NCBI GenBank assembly: GCA_030427965.1
Contig: JAUICD010000009.1
Coordinates: 10,551 to 74,550 of the forward strand
From: Bdellovibrionia bacterium
Lineage (GTDB): Bacteria > Bdellovibrionota > Bdellovibrionia > Bdellovibrionales > JAUICD01
DNA: 64,000 bases
Direction of reading: 5' to 3'
Shown: piece after piece, positions 18,040 through 27,602 of the stretch
How positions within the stretch are numbered: position 1 is the first letter of the stretch
Layout: each line of letters opens with the position of its first letter
Notes under the pieces: generated by a model
Told to the model about the DNA's origin: nothing
Seen by the model: only the letters and a program-made list of their open reading frames with translations
Databases searched by the model: none
Made by a program: the position numbers and the translations under genes

Positions 18040-18153
18040 AGGTTGGTTTAAAAGTTCCCAATTGTAACAGTCAGATATCATAGATATTAAACGTATCGTA
18101 CAAGCCGCAGTCTGTGCGATATGAAATTGAGAGACCCCAGTTACCTTTTCAAA

Positions 18154-18349
18154 CTAGCCCACAGGCAGTGTTGGTCTTTGATAACCATAGACTTCTCAAA
18201 TACTTAAAAACTCTCTAAAAACGAGTTCCTTCAAGTGCAGTGCTCACAGGGTGAGCACTGCTGCTTGAGGACTGTCTGAGCTTTTTAGAGAGTTTTTAAG
18301 TATTTGAGAACTTAGGTGAAACTTTAGACCAACACTGCCTGTAGGCCAG
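18154..18349. repeat. Palindromic intergenic element, composite copy interrupted by a second palindromic element
   Basis: The outer arms CTAGCCCACAGGCAGTGTTGGTCTTTGA ... GAGAACTTAGGTGAAACTTTAGACCAACACTGCCTGTAGGCCAG match the 12407-12464 element. About 120 extra bp are inserted in its loop. Confidence 0.8.
18193..18310. mobile_element. Nested MITE-like palindromic insert (29-bp perfect terminal inverted repeats)
   Basis: TTCTCAAATACTTAAAAACTCTCTAAAAA (18193-18221) is the exact reverse complement of 18282-18310. The core contains a further hairpin, CAGTGCTCAC-AGGG-TGAGCACTG. TTTGA is present on both sides of the inserted block. Confidence 0.5.
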
Positions 18350-18353
18350 TTTC

Positions 18354-20228
18354 TTACCTTTTCAGTTGAAAAACTTCAAAAGTACTTACAGGGCCGTCAT
18401 TTTGAGTGTCGTAGGTGTGCCCTCCAAGAAGGCCTGCTGTGTTTTTATCAAGAAGTACAGGCTGTACAAATCCCTTTCTCTCTCTGAGATATCGACCTGT
18501 GTGCTTCCAATCGGAGTTTCCCATGTTGTAGATATGGTTCACATAGGAGTAGTCGTCTCCATCCATTCGGAACCCACCAAAAAGGAATAACTTATTTTGA
18601 ACAGATTGAATGGCAGGAGCAAAATTTGGAAATGGCAGAGAGGGGAGTTCCGTCCATGTTCCTGTTTCAATATTGAGTGAAAGAACTTGATCAAGTAGAT
18701 TGAAATGTCTTCCTCCTTGAGTCAGGCCTCCAGCAATAACGAGCTCTCCATTGTGTTTAGTGGCTGTAAAAGCTCTTCTGGCAGGTTTTGGAACCGAAAT
18801 TGGATATTCTTCGGCTTTTTCAGTTGTGAGATCAAAACGAACAATTGATTCATAGAATGTTCCATTGTAATCGCCCTCGTGAAGTGGGGTTGCATCCCAT
18901 CCACCAACGAGAAACACACTATTTCCAATTTGTGCAATGGCATTTGAGGACCTTGGGCTTGGAAGTTTTCCAATCACTTCCCAGCGATCTTCTGAAATAT
19001 CATATCTTTCAATCACGTCTAAAGATTTCCACTTGGGGTTGTGATCTTCTGAATATGCAAATCCACCAAAAGCATAAATATAATTCCCATGTGCCTTTGC
19101 TGTGAGTCCATGTACGGGGTTGATTTTGTCTGCAAGTCGGTGCCACTTCTTTGTTTCAAGATTGTATGCATGCACCTCTGAACTAAAAGACTCTGGCGGA
19201 TAGGTGTGTTCAAAGCCCTTGTGACCACCTATGACGTAAACGTGATTGCCATGTTTTAGCGTTGCAAACGAAGAGCGTGGTTCGCCCATAATATCCATGC
19301 GTCTTTCTATGCTGTAGTTTGTTTCACCACTGATACGAGGGTCCCATATGTTGGTTTCATCAAAGTGAACAAGAGTTGCTTGAGCACCATCTGATTCTGT
19401 TAGATCTTTTTCCAAACGGTAGAATTGAAATTTTCCAGATCGATTTGATGAAAACAGAAGTGATCCATCAGGAAAAAAACGTGGAGCATAATCTTTTGCT
19501 TTGGAATTTGTGAGTTGAGTCAGTGTTTCTCCATTGATATCGATTTTAAAAACATTCCAGCCTTCACCAACTTGTTTTGTAAATACAATTTCTCGGTCAT
19601 CAAAAGAAAAACACGGAGATTTTCCAATGAGGGGAGATTTGGAGTTTGGAAATGAGTAGCGAGTGATCTCACCTTCTTTGATGTCAAATTTTGCAATCTG
19701 CTGAATTTTTTGGTCATTTTCTTTGTAGGATAAATGAAAGGTTGCAAAGAATCCTGCTGATGAGAGGCAGGGATAATAGGCGGACTCGACTGAGTTGAGC
19801 ACAATGGGCTGAGTGGAAGAGTCGACTCTCCAAGCTTCTAAATCCAAAACATGAATTTGGTTTTTGTTTTGAACAGGAGCTGTATACCCGAGACGTCGTC
19901 CGTTCCCTGAAAATGTCGGCTGTATAGTAAGTCCTTTGGGTGCGACAACTTCAGTGAGTTGATTTGTGTTGAGATCTACAATGTAGATACCGTAGTTCTT
20001 GCTGTCTTTACTTCCACTAAATGCAACTTGAGAGCCATCAGATGAAATGGTTGGATATATGACATTGAGACCACCGACAGTTGGGTAGTTTGTAATCTTG
20101 GTTGTGAGGTCATACACGGCAAGGCGGGCTGAATTGCCACTTTCTTCAAGGTAAACGATTTTCTGAGATGAAATTGCCATTGATGTGAAAAGAGATATGA
20201 GAGCTAAGGTTATAGCTTTTTGAAGCAT
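18354..20228 (-). CDS. Exported protein with TolB-like (PD40) beta-propeller N-terminal half and Kelch-repeat C-terminal half
   Basis: 624 aa with a signal peptide. The N-terminal half shows PD40-like periodicity (...PTFSGNGRRLGY..., ...YAPRFFPDGSLLFSSNRSG...). The C-terminal half has repeated GG[HWF]...W motifs typical of Kelch blades. Confidence 0.7.
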   Translation of the reverse strand: MLQKAITLALISLFTSMAISSQKIVYLEESGNSARLAVYDLTTKITNYPTVGGLNVIYPTISSDGSQVAFSGSKDSKNYGIYIVDLNTNQLTEVVAPKGLTIQPTFSGNGRRLGYTAPVQNKNQIHVLDLEAWRVDSSTQPIVLNSVESAYYPCLSSAGFFATFHLSYKENDQKIQQIAKFDIKEGEITRYSFPNSKSPLIGKSPCFSFDDREIVFTKQVGEGWNVFKIDINGETLTQLTNSKAKDYAPRFFPDGSLLFSSNRSGKFQFYRLEKDLTESDGAQATLVHFDETNIWDPRISGETNYSIERRMDIMGEPRSSFATLKHGNHVYVIGGHKGFEHTYPPESFSSEVHAYNLETKKWHRLADKINPVHGLTAKAHGNYIYAFGGFAYSEDHNPKWKSLDVIERYDISEDRWEVIGKLPSPRSSNAIAQIGNSVFLVGGWDATPLHEGDYNGTFYESIVRFDLTTEKAEEYPISVPKPARRAFTATKHNGELVIAGGLTQGGRHFNLLDQVLSLNIETGTWTELPSLPFPNFAPAIQSVQNKLFLFGGFRMDGDDYSYVNHIYNMGNSDWKHTGRYLRERKGFVQPVLLDKNTAGLLGGHTYDTQNDGPVSTFEVFQLKR

Positions 20229-20529
20229 AGGGGGTCCTCCTAAAATTTGATAGATGTTGAAGATATACGAGTTGGAAAAGAAGTCTATATGTTCTCAATA
20301 AGGTTTCATTAGGATTGGATTTGATTCTAGCGATGCGCTGCAAATCAGAAAAATGACTGAGAGCTCGTGTTTATTTCGATTTGAAAATATTTGGAACAGG
20401 TCTCACTACTTTAGACCTGGGGCCTTTTTAAGTATGTCTACATATCTACACAATTTATTCAAACGACCCTAACAACCTTTTTTCCAAATTGTGAGAATCT
20501 ATTTTTGAACTTAACAACAGGAGGACAAC

Positions 20530-20721
20530 ATGAATAAGGATACTCTAAAAGGTCAGTGGAAACGGCTTAGAGGTAAAGTAAAAACTCATTGGGCAGATTT
20601 CACTGATGACGAATTGGATCGGATTGACGGAGAGTACGATCAGCTTGTTGGTAAAATCCAAGAAAAGTATGGTCGAACTCGAGAACAAGCCGAGAAAGAA
20701 TTAAAATCCCTTCTCAACTGA
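20530..20721 (+). CDS. csbD: CsbD-family stress response protein
   Basis: 63 aa: MNKDTLKGQWKRLRGKVKTHWADFTDDELDRIDGEYDQLVGKIQEKYGRTREQAEKEL. Preceded by an AGGAGG SD. Confidence 0.9.
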   Translation: MNKDTLKGQWKRLRGKVKTHWADFTDDELDRIDGEYDQLVGKIQEKYGRTREQAEKELKSLLN

Positions 20722-20752
20722 TTTCCAATTCCAATGATCTCACCCCGTAGTC

Positions 20753-20793
20753 CCACAAGCGTTCATCCCCGAACGCTTGTGGTCCCTTTTTTT
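20753..20793 (+). terminator. Rho-independent terminator after csbD
   Basis: Perfect 12-bp stem CCACAAGCGTTC / GAACGCTTGTGG with a 6-nt loop, followed by TCCCTTTTTTT. Confidence 0.85.
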
Positions 20794-21139
20794 GCCTTAA
20801 GTATAAGTTTAAAAGACAAGTTCTATCATTTGCTTCTGCAATCTATATGGTCTGTTGGCAATTCATCGAGGTTTCATGGAGTTCATTTTGAAATAAAATA
20901 ACTTGTGTTCGAACTCGCTCCACTCGATGTAGCTATGGCGACACCAAGTTCTTTGACTGGGCACGTGACCTGTTCACTAAGTCTTCGAACAACTGTGTTA
21001 AATAGATATAAGTCACTTTGCAAAATTCTTTGAAACTGGTTTAGAACACTGTTATAGGGCAGTTTTAAATCCTTTGAGGTCACTTTTAAATCTCAGGTTC
21101 AATAAATTTCTACATATGAAGAGATTTGAAAGCATCTTT

Positions 21140-23218
21140 TTAAGGATTTCCAAATACTTTTTGACGGGGTATTCGGGCTGTAGCACCAGTGATTTGACCT
21201 GTTGTTTGATTGATTGTAGTTGTTTTTCCATTGATCGTGATGACGTTGTCGTTGAGGTAAGGTGATTGATTGAGCGGGTAATTGGTAGCATCCAATTCAG
21301 TTCCGTTAACGCGGAATGATCCACGTTGCCACACAATAGTTTTTTGGCTTTTGGTGACATAGGTGACTTGTCCAGATACTTCACGTGGTCTTGGGTTACG
21401 AGAAATAACATCATTTCGAAATGCATTAAAACTTCCATATGTTTCTTGATCTCCGACTTCTATAACAGCGGTTTCTCCACTTGGCCCTTCAAATGTGGAG
21501 CGAATAAATCGTCCTTGGATAACGGAGCCTGCCATTCGGGTTTCATTGGCATTTATTGGATCACCTTTAGTCGGAGCCCAGGCGATGTAAGCGCCTTGAC
21601 CATCTTGTAAAAACACCCATCCATTTTGAATAATGGGATTGTTAATGATGTCTGTTCCATAGAACAAACGAATTGGAACTGAGTCTACGCCTCCACCAGT
21701 CCACACTCCTTTTGTGTCACCACCATGATGAACAAAGGCCATGTTTTCATAACCAAAACTTCTTTCATCAAGAGATATAATTTTTGAAGGTCCAATGTTT
21801 TCAATTGGAAGTCCAAATGGGACAACACGTGCATTTCGCCCTTTTTTAGTCTGGATAAAAATGGGAAAAACGTCATGTGTGACACTTTCACGTCTAAAGA
21901 AATCGTGAGTAAGGTTTTGTATCGATCCAATTGCATACTTTGGTTTAGAGTAAAAATAGTGAGAACGACTGATTTGTGGCACTCTCATTTTAGCTTCATA
22001 CCCACCTGGTTTTGAAAAAATATCTTGTGTGACTTTAAGTGGTGAGTAGTTACTGACTAATGCAGTCAATACAGATTCTGTGTACTGACGGGCATCTTCG
22101 CTAGTGAGGTTGCCAAAAAATACGCGTGCCCATGCTGACGGTCGTGGTGAATTTGTGGCCCATGATTTACGATAGGTGCGAATTCTTCCACTTGTAAAAT
22201 GAACGCCGAGTGAGTGTACACCTTGTTGGGCCATATACATCTCAACCACTGCAAGTGCGAGTTTACGAACTTCAGCATCTTGAGAAAGCTCTGCTAAATT
22301 TAAAATTGGGAAAAGACTTCCACCAGAATAATTGGAACCCCATTCTTTAAATCCAAACTTGAGATGTTCTTTTAAACGGTTTATAACCCAAGCTCTTAAG
22401 TCTTGATGGGTGGATCTATTTGTTTCCCCTAAATACTCGTGAGAAAGAAAGCGTCCTGAATTTGCTCCCCATCTTAGGTTTTCACTGCTACTTGTTTGTG
22501 GTCCAACGAGATGACACTGAGCGTAGGCTTCAACTCCAGCTCGCACATCTGGTGCCATGGTATTTCCGTACCAAATCAACTCTCTTAGCGCTAGAACTCG
22601 AGTAAAGTGTTGCCACCTGTGCTGAGTGTTCACGTTTGAGCAATCTGATTGAGCTGGAAAGCGCACAATGTAGGCTTGTCTCAAAAGAGCATCTGCGTGG
22701 AGCATACGATTTGGATCTTCTCCACACTCATCAACTAAAGCCCGGATGATAAGGGATTTTGAGATATATCTCTGATACCAATCAGCAGTGGTGGGTTGCA
22801 TGAAATCTGGATCACCGGGTGTGACTTCTTCAATGTCGATTTTTTGATCGGCAATGCGAAGTCCCTGGCATCGTTTCTGATCAAGTTGGGTAGATGGCCC
22901 AGGCTGAGTTGTTGTTGTTACCGTCGTGGACGTGGTGGTGATAGTTGTGGTTGTCGTTGTTCGAGTTGTTGTTGTCACTGTCGTGGATGTAGTGGTGGTT
23001 GTGGAGCCTCCACCTCGAGTTGTTGTTGTTACTGTGGTAGTTGGAATGTCGCTACGGAGAGTGGTCGTAGTTGACGTTGTTGTGGTGGTATTGTTGGTTG
23101 GTAGTCCTTCTGAGCGCAGAGATTGAATCTCAGCTATAGGGGCGGCTTTAAAGGTCGACTGTCCACAGCCAGCAAGACTTAAAAATAGCCCTATTAGAAG
23201 AATTCTCTGTTCTCTCAC
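21140..23218 (-). CDS. Large lipoprotein with Thr-rich linker, function unknown
   Basis: The GTG at 23218, preceded by GGGGG, gives (M)REQRILLIGLFLSLAGC, a lipobox. The track ATG at 23398 would add 60 non-signal residues. A ~65-aa Thr/Ser linker is followed by a ~580-aa unrecognised domain. Confidence 0.75.
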   Translation of the reverse strand: MREQRILLIGLFLSLAGCGQSTFKAAPIAEIQSLRSEGLPTNNTTTTTSTTTTLRSDIPTTTVTTTTRGGGSTTTTTSTTVTTTTRTTTTTTITTTSTTVTTTTQPGPSTQLDQKRCQGLRIADQKIDIEEVTPGDPDFMQPTTADWYQRYISKSLIIRALVDECGEDPNRMLHADALLRQAYIVRFPAQSDCSNVNTQHRWQHFTRVLALRELIWYGNTMAPDVRAGVEAYAQCHLVGPQTSSSENLRWGANSGRFLSHEYLGETNRSTHQDLRAWVINRLKEHLKFGFKEWGSNYSGGSLFPILNLAELSQDAEVRKLALAVVEMYMAQQGVHSLGVHFTSGRIRTYRKSWATNSPRPSAWARVFFGNLTSEDARQYTESVLTALVSNYSPLKVTQDIFSKPGGYEAKMRVPQISRSHYFYSKPKYAIGSIQNLTHDFFRRESVTHDVFPIFIQTKKGRNARVVPFGLPIENIGPSKIISLDERSFGYENMAFVHHGGDTKGVWTGGGVDSVPIRLFYGTDIINNPIIQNGWVFLQDGQGAYIAWAPTKGDPINANETRMAGSVIQGRFIRSTFEGPSGETAVIEVGDQETYGSFNAFRNDVISRNPRPREVSGQVTYVTKSQKTIVWQRGSFRVNGTELDATNYPLNQSPYLNDNVITINGKTTTINQTTGQITGATARIPRQKVFGNP
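22904..23098 (-). repeat. Low-complexity Thr-codon tract (poly-Thr/Ser linker)
   Basis: Encodes TNNTTTTTSTTTTLRSDIPTTTVTTTTRGGGSTTTTTSTTVTTTTRTTTTTTITTTSTTVTTTT. The antisense frames produce the spurious poly-Val/Cys ORFs in the track. Confidence 0.9.
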
Positions 23219-23490
23219 GATTTCTAGCCCCCACACTGTTAAAAAGCAAGATGCATACCCCTGAGGGAGATTCTGTGCCCTTTGGCTATATTTAACTGTC
23301 GGAAGATCTGACACTTGTCTAAAGTCTAGGGGGAGGTGTGAGGATATATTTGATAAGTTTCTCAAAACGAGACACTTCTTAATCTTTCTTTTTTTCAAAT
23401 TAGAATAAGTACACTCACGGTAAAGAGTCTAATAGAGGTAGATATGATCTCATATTGATACGGAAAGAATAGTTAGTTTGGAGTTTAACG

Positions 23491-23952
23491 ATGATGGGAT
23501 TAAAAAAAATCATTTTTATAGGTTTGGGTTGTTGTTTGTTTTTTGCCAATCAGACCAAGAGCGACAGTGGTTCAAAATTTTTATTCACGACAGAAGAAAA
23601 ATATGCAGATGTTTTGTCACCTTATCTCTATCAACTTGAGAGCATTTGTTATATTGGAGAGATGGGTGAAGTCCCCTACTCTTTGAGAGCTCTTCTTGAA
23701 GAAGAAAAGTTGGAACGAGATCAGGGCATAGTTGCGATTCGTTACGGACAGAGCAAAGTCATTTCTTTTGAAGATGAATTCTTTGAAACGAGTGAGGAGT
23801 GGATGGAGTTTCAAATGGAAGAGAATCCAAAGGTTGTTGAGGCTTGGAAGTCCTATGATACATCTTCCAAGGAAGTCTTAGTGATTTCCAATCTAGGGCC
23901 TGAGGGAGATGGAACTGAATTGTACCTCACCATCATGCCTCCGTGTGATTAG
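23491..23952 (+). CDS. Hypothetical exported protein
   Basis: 153 aa with signal-like N-terminus MMGLKKIIFIGLGCCLFFANQ. No family recognised. Confidence 0.6.
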   Translation: MMGLKKIIFIGLGCCLFFANQTKSDSGSKFLFTTEEKYADVLSPYLYQLESICYIGEMGEVPYSLRALLEEEKLERDQGIVAIRYGQSKVISFEDEFFETSEEWMEFQMEENPKVVEAWKSYDTSSKEVLVISNLGPEGDGTELYLTIMPPCD

Positions 23953-23960
23953 GAGTTCCC

Positions 23961-25661
23961 CTACCTCGGGTGAGAAATGCTCTCGTAGCCAATTTCAAAT
24001 AAACCGATTTCATCAGGGTCAATTTTGATCACAGAGTCTTTGTTTATGCTGATTGTGGCTGCTCCTTCTTGCATATTCACTCGCTGCCGCTCCCCATTGA
24101 TTTCAATATCAACATCCATTTTTAAGGAAGAAGGATTCCACTTTAGATAGAGAATCTTCTCTAGCCGTTGTACATTAAGTGTTGGCAATTGGTTCGAGTA
24201 AAGAAATGTATCAAAGAACGAGCCTATTTCGTCGGCGAAGTCTGGAGCTTGAAGAATAAAAGTGGAGATGAACTGAGGTGTCGAGACTTGGTTTCCATTC
24301 TGGTGATTCGGATTTGCTACGAACTCGTAAAGGGCTTTTTTAAAAGTCTCTTCGCCAAGCCACTTATACAAGGATGCCAAAACTAAGATTCCTTTAAAGT
24401 AAAAATCTCGTTGATCAAAGACCTCCCAAATTGAAGCTGCCTTGGGATACACAACGGGACCTTCCAAACGAAGAATTTCTTTGTAAGATTTTAAATGATC
24501 GACATACTTATCAAAACCAAAGTTTTCTTTTAAATAAAGGCCTTCAAGAAAGCCTACAGGAGCTTCTTGGATCCAAAAGTCACTCCAAGAATTTACAGAA
24601 ACAGAGTTTCCAATCCATTCATGGGCCAATTCATGGAAAAGCAAATCATCAAATGCCTCTGTGGTTTGAAAAGTCCCACCATAAGATATTTGAGTTTGGT
24701 GTTCCATGCCAACATACTTTGTATGAACCACCCCGGCCTTTTCTTTACCCCAAGGGTAAGCACCCAGTGTTGATTCTAAGAAGTGAAAGTAGGATGCGTA
24801 ATTCTTACGAAGATCCTCTTTTTTTTGAGTCCAAGATCTCTCATCTGTAGGGTCTTGATCTTCACTTTGAAAGTAAAAATCAACAGTGACGTCTCCAGAA
24901 AGAGAATTCAATACGGTGGTTTCTTTCGTGAAATCACCAATGTTAAATGAAATAGAATAGAGATTGGTTGAGTAGTTCGTAGCCCAATGAGAGGTTTTCC
25001 AGCCACCCTCTACAGTTTCCTTAACAAGTATCCCTGTAGAGACTCCCACTAAGTCTTTTGGATAAGTGAGTGTGATCGAAACCTTTTCAGGTTCATCACT
25101 AGGGTGGTTTTTACTTGGAAACCAAATCTGAGGTCCATACATTTGACAAGTGATTCCAATCCAAGGTTTTCCGTTCTTGGACTTCGACCAATTCACGCCA
25201 CCATGCCACGGCGGAATTTTCGCCTCAGGTGGTTTTCCAGAGTAATAAATCTCAATCTTGGTAGATTCAAAAGCGCTGACATTTATTTGAATAGAAAGTC
25301 TGTCATTCTTATGGGTGAATTCCAATACTTCATGGCCTCTTTTGATTTTTTCAACATGAAATTGATTTACAAGTGCTAACTCAAGAATAGAAATGGACTC
25401 ACCGAGGGCACGTAAGTCCACAGTGGTTGACCCTGAAAGGAATTGATTTTGAGGATCTACTTTTAAGTTAATATCATAGCTTGAGACATCGTACTTTGAC
25501 ATCATCTCTGAAAGCTCCCCACCCCAGGTAAAAAGTGGAGGGCTATGAATCAAAAAGGGCTCCACAGGAAGTGGCTTTGTTTTGTTCACAGAGGATTTTG
25601 GTGTTTTCGAGCACGAACAAAGTAAGAAAAACCCCATTAGAACCAAAGAACGCAAAAGCAT
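23961..25661 (-). CDS. M1-family zinc aminopeptidase lipoprotein
   Basis: 566 aa. Lipobox FLLCSC, a GxMEN-like VGMEHQT, and HELAH-X18-E (HELAHEWIGNSVSVNSWSDFWIQE). Confidence 0.88.
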   Translation of the reverse strand: MLLRSLVLMGFFLLCSCSKTPKSSVNKTKPLPVEPFLIHSPPLFTWGGELSEMMSKYDVSSYDINLKVDPQNQFLSGSTTVDLRALGESISILELALVNQFHVEKIKRGHEVLEFTHKNDRLSIQINVSAFESTKIEIYYSGKPPEAKIPPWHGGVNWSKSKNGKPWIGITCQMYGPQIWFPSKNHPSDEPEKVSITLTYPKDLVGVSTGILVKETVEGGWKTSHWATNYSTNLYSISFNIGDFTKETTVLNSLSGDVTVDFYFQSEDQDPTDERSWTQKKEDLRKNYASYFHFLESTLGAYPWGKEKAGVVHTKYVGMEHQTQISYGGTFQTTEAFDDLLFHELAHEWIGNSVSVNSWSDFWIQEAPVGFLEGLYLKENFGFDKYVDHLKSYKEILRLEGPVVYPKAASIWEVFDQRDFYFKGILVLASLYKWLGEETFKKALYEFVANPNHQNGNQVSTPQFISTFILQAPDFADEIGSFFDTFLYSNQLPTLNVQRLEKILYLKWNPSSLKMDVDIEINGERQRVNMQEGAATISINKDSVIKIDPDEIGLFEIGYESISHPR

Positions 25662-25996
25662 TTTTTCTCCTCCTAACAGTCATTATGAACAGACTGTTGT
25701 TACCTAAGTGGCACAGTGGGGGGAGTTTACCTAAGAATGAGGACTTGAGTAGGGATAAAGAATCTGGTCATAAAAAATACTCTGCAAATCATCAAAGGTA
25801 TGATTTCTTTACAAATAAAGAAGAGTTTTTATAAAGCTTTATCTTGTAACGCCTTCCGTTTTACTTGGAACAAGTTTTGTTGCTATTACTTTCCACAAAG
25901 CGGAAGTCCGATAGATTGCCGATGATGGGGAAAAATAGTACGAACTATCAATCCACCATGTAAAAATTAACTCATTCTCTCTCATAGGAGCTTGTT

Positions 25997-26647
25997 ATGG
26001 AATATGCTAATGCTCAGTTCAAATATTTTTTTCTGACAATCGTTACATTATTTGTTTCAGAAACGACGCTCGGCACGACCTATTATAGCTGCCAAGGTAC
26101 AGGTGAGTACAAAGGAGTTTCATTAGCAGGTTATGGTGGATTTTCGATTTCTGCAGGACCCTACACTTGTATAGGAGGCAAGAGAGCAGACTATTACTCT
26201 GGAACGCCTTTAGCTAATCAAAAGGTCGTGGCCAAGGGGATTTGGAAAACCGAAGATGGCTATCTATCTGAAATCTTAAGTATCAATTATTATGCTGGTA
26301 CAAGAAGTATAATTAGAGACACAAAGAGTAGAAAAAACTTTTTAGTTGCTGTCGTGGATTGGAAGACATCAGATGATCCTGAATTAAAAGTTGTCACCTT
26401 TAATTGCAGGCACTTGAAGACTGAGAATAATTCATCTGATCTTGATTATTTTGGACCATGCCACGATGACAAAACCAATAAGTTTACAAGAGCTCTGATA
26501 TCCGGTGCAATCAAGCCTATGACAGCTGAAGACTTTCTTCCACAAATTCAAGAATTACTTGAACGAGCTGAACAGGGTAAATCAGTATCTTCGTTGGAAA
26601 CACTTTTCAATGAAGCCAACGAAGAGTCTTTAGAAGATCAACGTTAA
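25997..26647 (+). CDS. Hypothetical exported protein
   Basis: 216 aa with a hydrophobic N-terminus and an acidic C-terminal tail. No family recognised. Confidence 0.6.
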   Translation: MEYANAQFKYFFLTIVTLFVSETTLGTTYYSCQGTGEYKGVSLAGYGGFSISAGPYTCIGGKRADYYSGTPLANQKVVAKGIWKTEDGYLSEILSINYYAGTRSIIRDTKSRKNFLVAVVDWKTSDDPELKVVTFNCRHLKTENNSSDLDYFGPCHDDKTNKFTRALISGAIKPMTAEDFLPQIQELLERAEQGKSVSSLETLFNEANEESLEDQR

Positions 26648-26940
26648 ATGGAAAGCGGTATGGATACACTTCGTGATATTAGACTGTGAAAGCTTTGATC
26701 CGCCCTCCCCATAGTTTCTGCTGGCAGCAGGATTAGTCTTCAACACTTCTTTTTCGAATTCAGCAGACGGTTCATAGCAGGGGCTAGTATTTCTTCTTTT
26801 AAACCTGGGTGTGGCAAAATACGGCTACACTTTTTATCTAATCAACTTTGAAGAATTAATATTTACTGTTAAACAGCAGACACCAAAGTGACAACACGCT
26901 CTGGTGTAATTTGCGCAAAACAAACACAGGGGGATGTATT

Positions 26941-27516
26941 TTGTTTAAATATTCTTATCTACTCGCTTTTTCACTTTTCACTTTAACCGCCCAAGACATT
27001 GTATTAGCCAAGACAACCTGTACATTTGAAGATTTAAAGGTGGTTCTGAAAAAGGACTTAGCGAAAAAAAAGTTTCACATTAAAATTTCATCTATTAATG
27101 GGCGATCCGTAGTAGATAAAGCCCAAATTGGTATTTTCAGTGATTTCAAATACTCAAAAACACTCAATCTCACAGTCGATCTTAGTCATTGTGAATTCGG
27201 TCCAAAAGAGTACATTGTGTACTGTGGGACAGAGCACAGAAAAAACAAAGGCATACGTCTAACAGTCACAGATTTCTTCGGTAAGAACATTGGTGCCTTT
27301 GGGCCAATGTTCTATTGGAGACACCTGTATGATTTTAGCTATGTGTACAGCCTAAACCTTATGCATACAGCAAATCACGATGCTTACGAAAATGAGAACT
27401 CATACAGTATCAAGTTAGTTGCTGAAGGGAACGGCGATTATAGAATTCCAGGTGAATTCCTTACAGAGTTTGACGTATCCGCAAACGAGCTTGATAAGGC
27501 CTGTGTACAAAATTAG
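26941..27516 (+). CDS. Small exported Cys-containing protein, paralog A
   Basis: The TTG at 26941, preceded by AGGGGGA, gives (M)FKYSYLLAFSLFTLTAQ. The track start at 26911 is also TTG. Shares its Cys pattern and C-terminus (ELDKACVQN) with the next gene. Confidence 0.65.
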   Translation: MFKYSYLLAFSLFTLTAQDIVLAKTTCTFEDLKVVLKKDLAKKKFHIKISSINGRSVVDKAQIGIFSDFKYSKTLNLTVDLSHCEFGPKEYIVYCGTEHRKNKGIRLTVTDFFGKNIGAFGPMFYWRHLYDFSYVYSLNLMHTANHDAYENENSYSIKLVAEGNGDYRIPGEFLTEFDVSANELDKACVQN

Positions 27517-27602
27517 ATTTTAATAAATAATGTGCAAATTGGTTCTAGAAATGAACAATTTCAATGCACTGAACTTTAAATGGAAATGGAGAAACAATAA
27601 AA

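Noticed and set aside
12340-18360. The two palindromic elements considered as a CRISPR-like or other array
   Set aside because: There are only two copies 6 kb apart, each self-complementary. There is no regular repeat-spacer organisation and there are no cas genes.
20396-20432. Hairpin CAGGTCT-N9-AGACCTG followed by GGGCCTTTTT upstream of csbD, considered as a small-RNA terminator
   Set aside because: The stem is only 7 bp, the T-run is short and separated from the stem, and there is no upstream promoter or conserved structure to support an sRNA.
20883-21438. Minus-strand ORFs 20883-21083 and 21052-21438 downstream of, or overlapping the end of, the lipoprotein gene
   Set aside because: The second is out of frame within the lipoprotein gene's 3' end. 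The first has no SD, motif or family resemblance.
22796-23126. Plus-strand ORFs 22796-23074 and 22926-23126, encoding poly-Val / Cys-Arg-rich peptides
   Set aside because: They are the antisense reading of the Thr-codon tract of the minus-strand lipoprotein gene. This is a compositional artefact with no start context.
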